A stretch of 64,000 bases of DNA from Fidelibacterota bacterium. Its GTDB lineage: Bacteria; Fidelibacterota; Marinisomatia; Marinisomatales; JABMOV01. The notes beneath the pieces are model-generated. The model saw only the letters and a program-made list of their open reading frames with translations, was not told the origin of the DNA and did no database searches. This document shows positions 48,125 to 57,475 of the stretch, one piece after another (positions within the stretch are counted from its first letter, which is position 1; each line of letters begins with the position of its first letter). The position numbers were made by a program, and so were the translations under genes. The DNA lies in NCBI GenBank assembly GCA_046861395.1, contig JBHHUC010000003.1:18317-82316 (forward strand), read 5' to 3'.

Positions 48125-51100
48125 TTAGAAGTTGTAAGTGATATTGAGACCAAAGAATACGTCCCGGGGGTTCAGGAAAGTAAAATAGGTCTGATTGGGC
48201 ATATCGATATACGCCTTGTCATCCAGGACCCGTTTCAGGAATGATGTTTCCGTCTCCTGCCAGCCGGCTCCAGTATATTGATAATATATTTCATCCGCCT
48301 GGTTGAAATAAATGGCCCGTGTGTTTGGATTCTGCACATTCGTGAGAGAAACCACCGATTCAATGGGAACAAATTCAACACCATCCCGACGATAATCTCC
48401 CGGCTGATCGTTACCGGGAATATTTCCATACAGCAGCTTTTCCCCTACACTCTTGGGCAAGTGTAAAGATTGCATATAATCATCAAAATCATAACCATCG
48501 GCAAACGATTCACCAGAAAACCGCTTGAGATTCAATACATTGAATATATCGGCAAAGACTTTGACGGAAAATTGCTTGAAGGCAAAAATCTTTGACACTT
48601 TTAAGTCGAAATTATAATAATCTTTCCACTGTACATTAAACTGAATACCCCGTATCCGGTTGGGATTATACGTGAACCAGGATCCGCTGGTCCAACGCCC
48701 AATAATATTAAAGTGCCATCCGCCCAGAGGATAGACCGTACCCAATGCAGGACCAAATTTCTTGGGTGAAAATATATCCACATATCCCTTGGCCCGCGGT
48801 GTCGGCAATGGTTTGGACTGATAGCGGTTTGTCTTTTCATATTCCGTTTGTTCGGCCGGATTCTGGAATTGTTTACCAATATCAAAATAGCCGGAAGTGG
48901 AAACACGGTATTCATAATTCACCATTCCAGTATACCAGTTTCCAAAGCGTTTGGACATTTCGATTTCAAAACCGCGAATGTCTTCATACAGGTTATTGGT
49001 CATGATATAGGAATTAATCTTACCGTCCGAACTGATAATCTGTGTCCAATCCTGTTCATTGGTTACGTCCTTATAATAGGCCGAAATACGCAGTAAATAC
49101 ATGTTTGCGATGGCACGGTCAAAACCCAATTCATAGGAAATCGTATTGGCCGGATCAATACTGGGATCTCCCAGGTACCGAATGGCACCCACACTATTCC
49201 TTTGTATTCTGTACAATGCTTCGGCCGTTGCCGATTGGTTATAATGACCGTAATTAAAATAGAGTTTTGATACATCAGTAATGGGATGGGAAAAGGCCAG
49301 CCGCGGATTGAGCACTTTAACAGCCTTAGCATTTTTCGCGAATTTTGAGTCCCAGATTCCATCTTGGTCGTAATAAAAGAAATCCTTATCAAAGGTATCA
49401 AAGGAAAACCACTTTCCATTGGGATCGTAATATTCTCCGCTCAGCCCCAGAATGGCAACCAGACCCTTGAATTCTATTTTATCCTGGATGTATGCATTAA
49501 AGCGATAGGGGTTAGTACTGAATTCAGCCCAAGTATTTCCTTCCGGCAAGACTTTATTAATGGAACCGAACTGCATATTTATATCATAGGAAATATATTC
49601 AAACCCGGTCTTCAGCTGATGATTGGTGGAATATTGCGTAGTATAGTTTCCCGATAAAGAGAAGGAAGATACTACGGTAGAATCCCGGGCCGTTGAAATG
49701 GGGCCGCCAAGCGTGAGGCCACCATCCACGCTGGACATGAATTCATCCATGAAACCAAAGGGTTGTTCATCCACCTGATACCCAGGGAATATTTCAAAAA
49801 GTTTTTCTGTGTTTCTACGTCGTCCAGGACCTGTCAGATAACGATTCTCGGTGGTCTGCCACCGTAATTCATAAAACGTAGTCGGTGATAATACGTGGGA
49901 AAAAGACAGGGAGTACGTCCGGTTTTCCCGTGTTGTTTCAGAAAAATAATCATTGGTGAAAATACGCCAGGGGATGGTAAATCCGGTTCGGTCCACAATA
50001 CCGGCTACACCGGCCACAGAATAGAAATACGATGTGCCGCCCGCCCGGGAAGCATTGGTGGCTGTCATACCATTCCATAAAGTGGAAGCTGACAATTTCA
50101 TATTTTTTGCTAAATCAGAAGTTATCTTCAGCACATTGCCATAGGTATTTCTACCATCCGTTGCCAGGGGGAATAAATACATGTTCTGTTCTTCTATCCG
50201 CGAATAATAAAATCGTAGATTTCCCAACTTTTCGCTGATAAAGGGAACGGGGCCACCAAAACCCAGATCAATGGTATAATCAGGATCACGGATCACACCG
50301 TCTTTTCGATGCTGCCATTCGAACAAACGCTTTGCCGCCGTTGGTGTCAGATCATTGCTTGGATCATCATCGCTCAATGTTGCTGCCGCTATAGCAACCC
50401 ACCCGTCAAAAGGTGCATACTGTCGCCGGTCATATTCATCCCACGGACCGTTTTCCGTACCGTACCAGGCCGTGCTGTCCCATAAAAACGGCTTCAACCA
50501 GTAAGATTCGGACTGAAAAACAGGATCACCGAAATGTTTGGCCGCCGGGGGGCTGTACTTGGTAGTAATCGTGGCCGAATATTTCTGGGGATCGCCTTCT
50601 TTCGAAACCACATTGATGATTCCGCCACGTACATTATTGTATTCTGCATTAAATCCGCCGGTTTGGACCGAAACCTCCTGGATGGAACTGAGGGGTATGC
50701 CGGTAATAGGCGCATCATTGCGACTATCCCGTAAAGTGACACCATCAATCATCAGCATGGTCTGGTCTGATCCGCTGCCCCGAATACCCAGAGTGGATGT
50801 AATGCCGGCCTTCAATCCCACGATTTCCCCTAACGTAGTAACGGGCAATGATTCAATTTCATCATTGGTAACACTCAATTGGCTGGCGGCAACATCTGCT
50901 TTGACCACCTTGTGTTCGGCAATGACTTCAACACTTTCGCCCTCCAGGACTTCCACAGGGAGAACGACATCAACAATGGTCGTCAAATCTATTTCAACCC
51001 TTACTTGCCGAACCGTGGTTTTCTTGAATCCAATCATGGAAACAACCAAATCATATTCGCCGGGAGGAACATTCAGGATTGTATAATGGCCATCCACATC

Positions 51101-51286
51101 TGATGATGTTCCTAGATAGGTGCCGGAAATCAGAATATTGGCTCCCGCTAATAGAGCACCATCGGCCTCAGCCGTTACGGTACCAGTGATTTTCCCTGTT
51201 GTCCCGGCAAATAGAATATTTACAAAAAGAAGTGATAAAAGCAGGGGAAGAATGTGTTGTTGTAGTTTTCTCATCACCAAATCCAT
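48125..51286 (-). CDS. TonB-dependent receptor 3
   Basis: AGTTGKITG, IRG, GGFNAEY.NVRGG.IN, QDKIEF, FNYGH, YELGF motifs; C-terminal Phe. Confidence 0.93.
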   Translation of the reverse strand: MDLVMRKLQQHILPLLLSLLFVNILFAGTTGKITGTVTAEADGALLAGANILISGTYLGTSSDVDGHYTILNVPPGEYDLVVSMIGFKKTTVRQVRVEIDLTTIVDVVLPVEVLEGESVEVIAEHKVVKADVAASQLSVTNDEIESLPVTTLGEIVGLKAGITSTLGIRGSGSDQTMLMIDGVTLRDSRNDAPITGIPLSSIQEVSVQTGGFNAEYNNVRGGIINVVSKEGDPQKYSATITTKYSPPAAKHFGDPVFQSESYWLKPFLWDSTAWYGTENGPWDEYDRRQYAPFDGWVAIAAATLSDDDPSNDLTPTAAKRLFEWQHRKDGVIRDPDYTIDLGFGGPVPFISEKLGNLRFYYSRIEEQNMYLFPLATDGRNTYGNVLKITSDLAKNMKLSASTLWNGMTATNASRAGGTSYFYSVAGVAGIVDRTGFTIPWRIFTNDYFSETTRENRTYSLSFSHVLSPTTFYELRWQTTENRYLTGPGRRRNTEKLFEIFPGYQVDEQPFGFMDEFMSSVDGGLTLGGPISTARDSTVVSSFSLSGNYTTQYSTNHQLKTGFEYISYDINMQFGSINKVLPEGNTWAEFSTNPYRFNAYIQDKIEFKGLVAILGLSGEYYDPNGKWFSFDTFDKDFFYYDQDGIWDSKFAKNAKAVKVLNPRLAFSHPITDVSKLYFNYGHYNQSATAEALYRIQRNSVGAIRYLGDPSIDPANTISYELGFDRAIANMYLLRISAYYKDVTNEQDWTQIISSDGKINSYIMTNNLYEDIRGFEIEMSKRFGNWYTGMVNYEYRVSTSGYFDIGKQFQNPAEQTEYEKTNRYQSKPLPTPRAKGYVDIFSPKKFGPALGTVYPLGGWHFNIIGRWTSGSWFTYNPNRIRGIQFNVQWKDYYNFDLKVSKIFAFKQFSVKVFADIFNVLNLKRFSGESFADGYDFDDYMQSLHLPKSVGEKLLYGNIPGNDQPGDYRRDGVEFVPIESVVSLTNVQNPNTRAIYFNQADEIYYQYTGAGWQETETSFLKRVLDDKAYIDMPNQTYFTFLNPRDVFFGLNITYNF

Positions 51287-51393
51287 TCGGTAAGTTTTCT
51301 TAATTGTAAAATAGTTAATAATCTTTCAGCAAATTCCATCCTTTGAAACTAAATACTTTGAATCATTATCGCAAGCAATCTGCTCCCCCGTCA

Positions 51394-53169
51394 TTAATTA
51401 ATTACAGGATTGGCTTTCCCCAGGGCGTATTTGACTCCCAGACCGGTAACCAACCCCACAATCAGCAGAAGGAATCCGGTCTCTGCCGAATGAAACAGAA
51501 AATGCCCGATAGCAAACAAAACGGCATAGACGCTGATAGTGGCAGAGAGCCAGCATATAGCCAGCCATCGGATAGAATGATTCGATTCACGGTGTCCACC
51601 TATAGCGCCCCACCAACCTCCCGGAGACACTCGTTGATAAAAGGATTCCAGTGTTGCAGAGTCGGTTGGTTTCGTGAAACAGGTTACGGCGACCCACCAG
51701 AAGGTCGACCAGCAAACAATGATAAACAGCGTATCGGGAAATTGAACATCACCGGGAAGGAAAGGATATAAAATCAGGGGAGCTACCATGGCAGTAATTT
51801 CACTCCAGGCATTGACGCGCCACCAGAACCAGCGCAAAATCAGCACCAGACCAATTCCGGCACTGCATTCCAGAATAAAGGTCCATGCATCGCTGATCCG
51901 GTCCATTTTTGTGGTGAGTACCAGGGAAATAATCATCAATACCAACGTGGTGATACGGGAAATAAACACCAATTGCCGTTCATCTTTCCCACGATGGAAG
52001 AATCGTTTGTAGAAATCGTTGACAATATAGGATGTCCCCCAGTTTAACTGCGTGGAAATGGTGGACATGAAAGCGGCCAGGAAGGCAGCCATTAGCAAAC
52101 CCAGCAAACCTGTGGGCAGATAATCGCGCATGACCATGACATAGCCGGCACCTTTATCGGCATCTGCCAGCTGAGGATACAATACCATGGAAGCCAGCGC
52201 GACAATAATCCAAGGCCAGGGCCGCAAAGCATAGTGGGCGATCATGAACCAAAGTGTAGCACCTACGGAATGGTTTTCATTCTTGGCCGACATCATCCGT
52301 TGCGCTACGTATCCGCCGCCACCAGGCTCCGCTCCCGGATACCAGGACGCCCACCACTGTACACCGATGAAAGCAATAAAGGAAGAAACCGATAAGGTCA
52401 AAACACCAGATACGGTTGTCGACAAATTACCCACGACGGGCGTAAAACGAAATACATCCTCCGGCAGGGCGGCTTTCAATCCCTTCAGTCCGCCGATTTC
52501 AGGTATGCCCAGTACCACAATCGCCAGTGCGACGGTTCCCACCATAGCCAGGGTAAATTGAACCATATCGGTGATAGCCACACCCCATAACCCCGCCAGG
52601 GAGGAATATACGGCCACCAGGAAAAGAAGACTCCCTACCAGAAGCAGATGTGACGAAAAGGTAAATCCCGCTACAGATAATTCATGAATTCCGAAAAATG
52701 TAAAGTCAGGAAACATGACACGCAATACTTTCACCATGGCCAGATTAACCCAACCCATGATGACAATATTCATAAAGAGACCTAGATAAATGGCACGAAA
52801 CCCCCTGAGAAAAGCAGCCGGTTTCCCGTCATAGCGTATTTCAACGAACTCCACATCAGTCATAATATTGGCACGGCGCCATAATTTGGCAAAGAAAAAA
52901 GCGGTAAACATTCCACCGATTAACATATTCCACCACAACCAGTTACCTGCAATCCCATTTCTGGCCACCAATTCGGTAACTGCCAGCGGTGTATCAGCAG
53001 CAAAGGTTGTGGCAACCATTGTCGTCCCGGCTACATACCAGGGTAGACTCCGACCCGAAAGAAAATATTCGTTGAGGCTTTGTCCAGCCCGGCGGGAATA
53101 ATAAGCGATGATGCCGGCATTCAGGAGAAAATATAGTAGAATGATGATCCAATCAACAGTGTGTAACAT
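51394..53169 (-). CDS. Sodium:solute symporter (SSS family)
   Basis: EYFLSGRSLPW, ATTFAADTPL, PGAEPGGGGY.AQRM, AAFMST.STQLNWG motifs; multiple TM segments. Confidence 0.93.
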   Translation of the reverse strand: MLHTVDWIIILLYFLLNAGIIAYYSRRAGQSLNEYFLSGRSLPWYVAGTTMVATTFAADTPLAVTELVARNGIAGNWLWWNMLIGGMFTAFFFAKLWRRANIMTDVEFVEIRYDGKPAAFLRGFRAIYLGLFMNIVIMGWVNLAMVKVLRVMFPDFTFFGIHELSVAGFTFSSHLLLVGSLLFLVAVYSSLAGLWGVAITDMVQFTLAMVGTVALAIVVLGIPEIGGLKGLKAALPEDVFRFTPVVGNLSTTVSGVLTLSVSSFIAFIGVQWWASWYPGAEPGGGGYVAQRMMSAKNENHSVGATLWFMIAHYALRPWPWIIVALASMVLYPQLADADKGAGYVMVMRDYLPTGLLGLLMAAFLAAFMSTISTQLNWGTSYIVNDFYKRFFHRGKDERQLVFISRITTLVLMIISLVLTTKMDRISDAWTFILECSAGIGLVLILRWFWWRVNAWSEITAMVAPLILYPFLPGDVQFPDTLFIIVCWSTFWWVAVTCFTKPTDSATLESFYQRVSPGGWWGAIGGHRESNHSIRWLAICWLSATISVYAVLFAIGHFLFHSAETGFLLLIVGLVTGLGVKYALGKANPVIN

Positions 53170-53254
53170 GATCGCAGCCTAATTGGTTATAGTTTTCTCA
53201 AAACGGAAAGGAAAATTCACAGCCACCGCAATCCTGAACGCCGATTCAGGCATT

Positions 53255-54094
53255 TTATTTTTGTTCCACAAACCGATAGAACATGACGCCGTCAAATAAA
53301 GGTCCGCCATCACGAAAATAATAATCCATAAACGGAACGCGAACTGTGGCCCCGGCCTCCATTGAAGCGTGCAACACATCAGCCCTGTCACTCATCATGC
53401 CTTCGTGCGCGATCAGAATCCCATTTTTCCTGTAATCTTTTCGTACAAAAGCAATTCCGGCAATTTCCGGAAGCTTCTGCAATAATGCCGGCGTAATCTC
53501 CTCACTGGGGATGTAATAGCCGTGAAAGTTTTCCTGCCAGTCGATATCCAGAAATTCCTCGCCATTGGTTTTTAGATTTAAGACCAACCCGGTTTCAACC
53601 AGTTTCTTCTTATCCAACAGCGATGGCGTTATATCCACGGTATAGGGATTGTGGGTAATCCGGTCCGCCGTGAAATGCCAGCGCTTTTCATAGGAAGGAA
53701 CCTTATGCCCCGTTTCATCCGGTTTGTAATGAATGTCAATCATCCTCTGCCGGGCTTCTTCCCAATTTGCGCTGTGGGCACAGGCAATGGAGGTGAGAAC
53801 ATGGGCCGTACAGTCGGACACGTCCAGGCGGATGATTGGGTCGGGGTCCGGTTCTTTCTCTTCCCCCAGCTGGTATATCTTATATGGTGTTCCCAAACGC
53901 CACAGGGCCAAGGCTTTCAACCGATCCTGATAATCGGGGAACCGTGTCTGAAATTGGTATAAATATGTAGATATTTCTGATTCGGAAAGGGTGTACGGTT
54001 TAGGCAGGTCCTGAACCCAATCCCAGTCCTGGCCTGTCAGCATGGTGATGCTTAGTAAAATATTGATGATAATTGGTAGCAGTTTTATTCCCAT
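53255..54094 (-). CDS. DUF1460 (AmiA-like, NlpC/P60 fold) N-acetylmuramoyl-L-alanine amidase
   Basis: Signal peptide; LGTPY...LGE, DCT (catalytic Cys), HEG (His) and HAS motifs. Confidence 0.8.
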   Translation of the reverse strand: MGIKLLPIIINILLSITMLTGQDWDWVQDLPKPYTLSESEISTYLYQFQTRFPDYQDRLKALALWRLGTPYKIYQLGEEKEPDPDPIIRLDVSDCTAHVLTSIACAHSANWEEARQRMIDIHYKPDETGHKVPSYEKRWHFTADRITHNPYTVDITPSLLDKKKLVETGLVLNLKTNGEEFLDIDWQENFHGYYIPSEEITPALLQKLPEIAGIAFVRKDYRKNGILIAHEGMMSDRADVLHASMEAGATVRVPFMDYYFRDGGPLFDGVMFYRFVEQK

Positions 54095-56997
54095 TGTTTA
54101 ATCCATTCCAGTTCCGGGTTTGGTTGTGTAAATCCCAGCGATTCATAGACCGCGGAATGAATCCGCTGCCGCCATTGGTAATATTTTGGTGATTTCCATG
54201 ATCGGTTGGGGTGTACGGCATTGGTTAACAGGATGACAAACATTTCATTGTCAGGGTCAATCCATAACGATGTACCGGTAAATCCGGTATGACCAAAACT
54301 GTTTCCGCTCAAATAGACACCACCGGAGGCACGACCGGAGGGACTGTCCCATCCCAGACACCGGGAACTGCCGGAAATCACATTGGCCCGACGAATAAAT
54401 AAATCAATGGTTTCCGGGTGAAGAATTCTCGTATCCTGATATTCGCCACCGTTCAGCATCATCTGAGAGAAAATGCCTATATCATATGCCGTGGAAAACA
54501 GCCCGGCATGCCCGGTAGTGCCTCCCATGCTGTAGGAATTTTCATCATGAACATGACCCCGGATAAGTTGCCCGTCTAGAGGACTGAATTCCGTAGGCAT
54601 GATTCGATGCATTCGGGCCGGGTCCGGATTGAACATCGTATTGACCATTCCAAGAGGAATGAATATATGATCGGCACAATATTGGTCCAGGGATTGTCCC
54701 GATACGGCTTCCACTACTTTGCCCAAACTAATGATGCCCACGTCGGAATACACCATCGTGTCACCCGGTGTATAGATCAGGCCTGTGCGCAAAACGCTGT
54801 CAACCCGGGCCTGGACCGTTCCTTCCATGAGAAAATATTGGCGAAACGGGGGCAGTCCCGACGTATGGGTCAATAATTGCCGAATAGTGACTTTGGATTT
54901 ATCAAGGGCCCCCTTCCCCAGACTGCGAAAGGCTGGTAAATATTGTACCACCGGATCATCCAACTCGATTCGGCCCTGTTCATGGAGTTGCATGACGGCG
55001 GTGGTTGTGGCAATCACTTTTGTAATGGAAGCCAAGTCGAAAATGTCTCCACGATGAACCGTTTCGGTTCTTTGATACGTTTTATGCCCCGTGGCGGCAT
55101 GCAGAAATATTTTACCATCTTTGGCGGCCAAGAGGACTGCTCCCGGCCAGGCCGAATCGGCAATGGCCTCATTCAGCAGACGCAGAACATTATCAGTTTG
55201 GGCATTCACTTCATAAGGCAGTACCCGCTGTAATACCGGGGATTTCTCTGGTTCTTCACGGCGTATTTCATCTGAAACTTTCGGTAACGAGATACCGTCC
55301 CCCAGAGCGGCTACATCGGGAATTGTCACCGGCAGTTTTCCGGAGATTGGGGCTGCTCCGATCAATGCCCGGAAGGCAGCGCGCTGCATCAAACCGTCCG
55401 ATTTATAGGCGCAGATATAAGTTTCAATCCCTGGGGATTGCTTGATCAGATAGGGATTTCCGAAACTGATTAGGATCGTGCGTGTCTTCTTCTGCTCCAC
55501 CAGTTTCATGAAATCGGACTGGACCCGGTTTAAATAAATTTCATCTTTCCAGGCTCGGGGTATTACAAAGGCGTTAATAACGACTGTGGCAGAATCCGGT
55601 ATTTGTGTCAAAATAAACCGCGTATGGTTTGTGGAATCCGATTCATCGATCTGATATGTTTTCACATCCGAAAAATGATTGAATATCATTTGTGAAATTG
55701 TTGAAATGCTGTGAGCCTGGGGACGACCATATAAATCAATAACATAAACCGGACGATCATCTGTCAAGGGAAACGCATCCGGATTACGTTTGACAAGAGT
55801 GATGGCTTTTTCAGCAATATTTGCAGCTATTTTTGCAATCTCCGGGTCGCCAAGATTTTGAAAAATCGTATCATCCACCAGATTTTCCCGTCGGTGCAAT
55901 CCCAGTTTTTCCTTCAATCGCAACATGCGCAAACTGGCCTCATCAATGCGCTCCCGGGTAATCAAACCACGGTTGACGGCATCCTCAATTATATCGATAT
56001 TTTCACGATAATTCCCCGTTGTAATGATAACATCACTCCCGGCCTTGATGGTTTCCACCAGGGCGTAACGCTGGGAAAAATTCTGTGCCACGCCTCCCAT
56101 TCCCATGGCATCCGTAATCACGATGCCCCGGAATCCCATTTCCTTTCTCAGTATATCCTGAATCCAGAAGGGAGACAACGTGGCCGGAGTTCGGTCGTTG
56201 GGTTGAAAGTCAGGTGCCGATACATGGGCGATCATAACGGCGTCCACACCGACCTCAATGGCCGCGGCGAAGGGTTTCAATTCCAGGGACCACAAACGGG
56301 TGCTATCGCTGGGAATGATGGCCAACCGCGAATGAGAATCGGTGCCCGTATCACCATGCCCGGGAAAATGTTTGGCTGTGGCGGCCATGCCATAATCCTG
56401 TAACCCGCGGATATATTCGCGACCGAACGCAACCACCATTTCGGCATCTTCCCCGAACGAACGTGTATTAATTATGGGGTTTTGAGGATTATTGTTCACA
56501 TCCAGAACCGGCATCAGATTCCAGAATATTCCACCGGCCGTCGCTTCAATCGCCGTGATTCGTCCGACATCATAGGCCAGGTGAGGATCTCCGGTAGCAC
56601 CAATGGCCATAAGAGGCGGTACATCTGTTCCGGCATGATAACGGAACTGCATTCCATATTCAATATCGCCATCAAAAATCAGCGGGACTTTGGACATTGA
56701 ATTCATTTTATTCATTGTAGTACGTGCAATGCCTGGTTCTCCATAATAAATATGAATACCGCCAATTCCATCTGATTCCAGCAATGATGAAATTTCCTTC
56801 CATTTGGCGTCTTTTTCATTCAGAAAAGACATATTCATATGGTATATCAGCATTTGGGAAATTTTTTCCCGCAGACTCAGTCCAGCCAGCGTTTTTTCCG
56901 CCCAGGACGAGGAAGTTTGACTTCGGGGAATCTGGTTGCACGAAATCAGAACCGTGACCAAAAAAATTATTTGTAAGCAGCGGAGGTTAATTTTCAT
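54085..56997 (-). CDS. GH3 beta-N-acetylglucosaminidase fused to a beta-lactamase-fold (AmiE-like) serine hydrolase, lipoprotein
   Basis: KHFPGHGD...DSH (NagZ signature), ITDAMGM; C-terminal DLASITK (SxxK), LLTHTSG, YSD, GHTGFTGT; LISC lipobox; likely ATG at 56997. Confidence 0.92.
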   Translation of the reverse strand: MKINLRCLQIIFLVTVLISCNQIPRSQTSSSWAEKTLAGLSLREKISQMLIYHMNMSFLNEKDAKWKEISSLLESDGIGGIHIYYGEPGIARTTMNKMNSMSKVPLIFDGDIEYGMQFRYHAGTDVPPLMAIGATGDPHLAYDVGRITAIEATAGGIFWNLMPVLDVNNNPQNPIINTRSFGEDAEMVVAFGREYIRGLQDYGMAATAKHFPGHGDTGTDSHSRLAIIPSDSTRLWSLELKPFAAAIEVGVDAVMIAHVSAPDFQPNDRTPATLSPFWIQDILRKEMGFRGIVITDAMGMGGVAQNFSQRYALVETIKAGSDVIITTGNYRENIDIIEDAVNRGLITRERIDEASLRMLRLKEKLGLHRRENLVDDTIFQNLGDPEIAKIAANIAEKAITLVKRNPDAFPLTDDRPVYVIDLYGRPQAHSISTISQMIFNHFSDVKTYQIDESDSTNHTRFILTQIPDSATVVINAFVIPRAWKDEIYLNRVQSDFMKLVEQKKTRTILISFGNPYLIKQSPGIETYICAYKSDGLMQRAAFRALIGAAPISGKLPVTIPDVAALGDGISLPKVSDEIRREEPEKSPVLQRVLPYEVNAQTDNVLRLLNEAIADSAWPGAVLLAAKDGKIFLHAATGHKTYQRTETVHRGDIFDLASITKVIATTTAVMQLHEQGRIELDDPVVQYLPAFRSLGKGALDKSKVTIRQLLTHTSGLPPFRQYFLMEGTVQARVDSVLRTGLIYTPGDTMVYSDVGIISLGKVVEAVSGQSLDQYCADHIFIPLGMVNTMFNPDPARMHRIMPTEFSPLDGQLIRGHVHDENSYSMGGTTGHAGLFSTAYDIGIFSQMMLNGGEYQDTRILHPETIDLFIRRANVISGSSRCLGWDSPSGRASGGVYLSGNSFGHTGFTGTSLWIDPDNEMFVILLTNAVHPNRSWKSPKYYQWRQRIHSAVYESLGFTQPNPELEWIKQWE

Positions 56998-57043
56998 TGG
57001 CAGTTTCAAGCATAATAATATTGATTGTAATTTAAGGATAACC

Positions 57044-57475
57044 ATGAAAATCACCAGAAGAAATCCACTCCGGGCCGGTTATCTCTTCATTCTGCTGCTG
57101 GCAATCCAGTGCAGCGACCAGGCGCCGAAAAATGAAATCGTGGTACATCGGTTCCCCGATGGCAGTCCCAAGGAAGTCTGGATTTACCCGGAAGCGAAGA
57201 ATTCCAACCTAAGAACGGAAATATTGTATTTCGAAAACGGACGGAAACAGCGGCAACGGCAAATGAACAATGATTTACCCGATGGTCCCTGGATTGAATG
57301 GCATCGCAACGGCCAAAAAAAGTATGAAAAGAATTACCATGCCGGCAATCTGGACGGCGAACAATTAGGGTGGTTCATGTCCGGTGAACCATTGTATAAA
57401 TCAACCTTTGAAGACGGGCAGCAGATCAGCCGGATTACCTGGGATATTCACGGAAATATTGTTTCCCGGAATTAA
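57044..57475 (+). CDS. MORN_2-repeat (YwqK-like) putative lipoprotein
   Basis: Y.ENG.K, GPW.EWH.NGQK..E.NY..G...G repeats; AIQC possible lipobox; AAGGA precedes the ATG at 57044. Confidence 0.75.
   Translation: MKITRRNPLRAGYLFILLLAIQCSDQAPKNEIVVHRFPDGSPKEVWIYPEAKNSNLRTEILYFENGRKQRQRQMNNDLPDGPWIEWHRNGQKKYEKNYHAGNLDGEQLGWFMSGEPLYKSTFEDGQQISRITWDIHGNIVSRN

Noticed and set aside
51343..51771. 142-aa plus-strand ORF and the many other short alternative-frame ORFs (e.g. 21177-21740, 50538-51086, 55858-56403, 63315-63686)
   Set aside because: They overlap well-supported genes, mostly antisense, and show no recognisable motifs.
53233..53250. Small hairpin CCTGAA..TTCAGG between DUF1460 and the SSS gene
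   Set aside because: Only a 6-bp stem with no U-tract on the coding strand; too weak to call a terminator or riboswitch.
54085..55230. Beta-lactamase resistance gene
   Set aside because: It is the C-terminal serine-hydrolase domain of a GH3 fusion in a PG-salvage context.
57044..57475. Toxin-antitoxin module (YwqK-like antitoxin)
   Set aside because: Generic MORN_2 repeats with no adjacent toxin gene.
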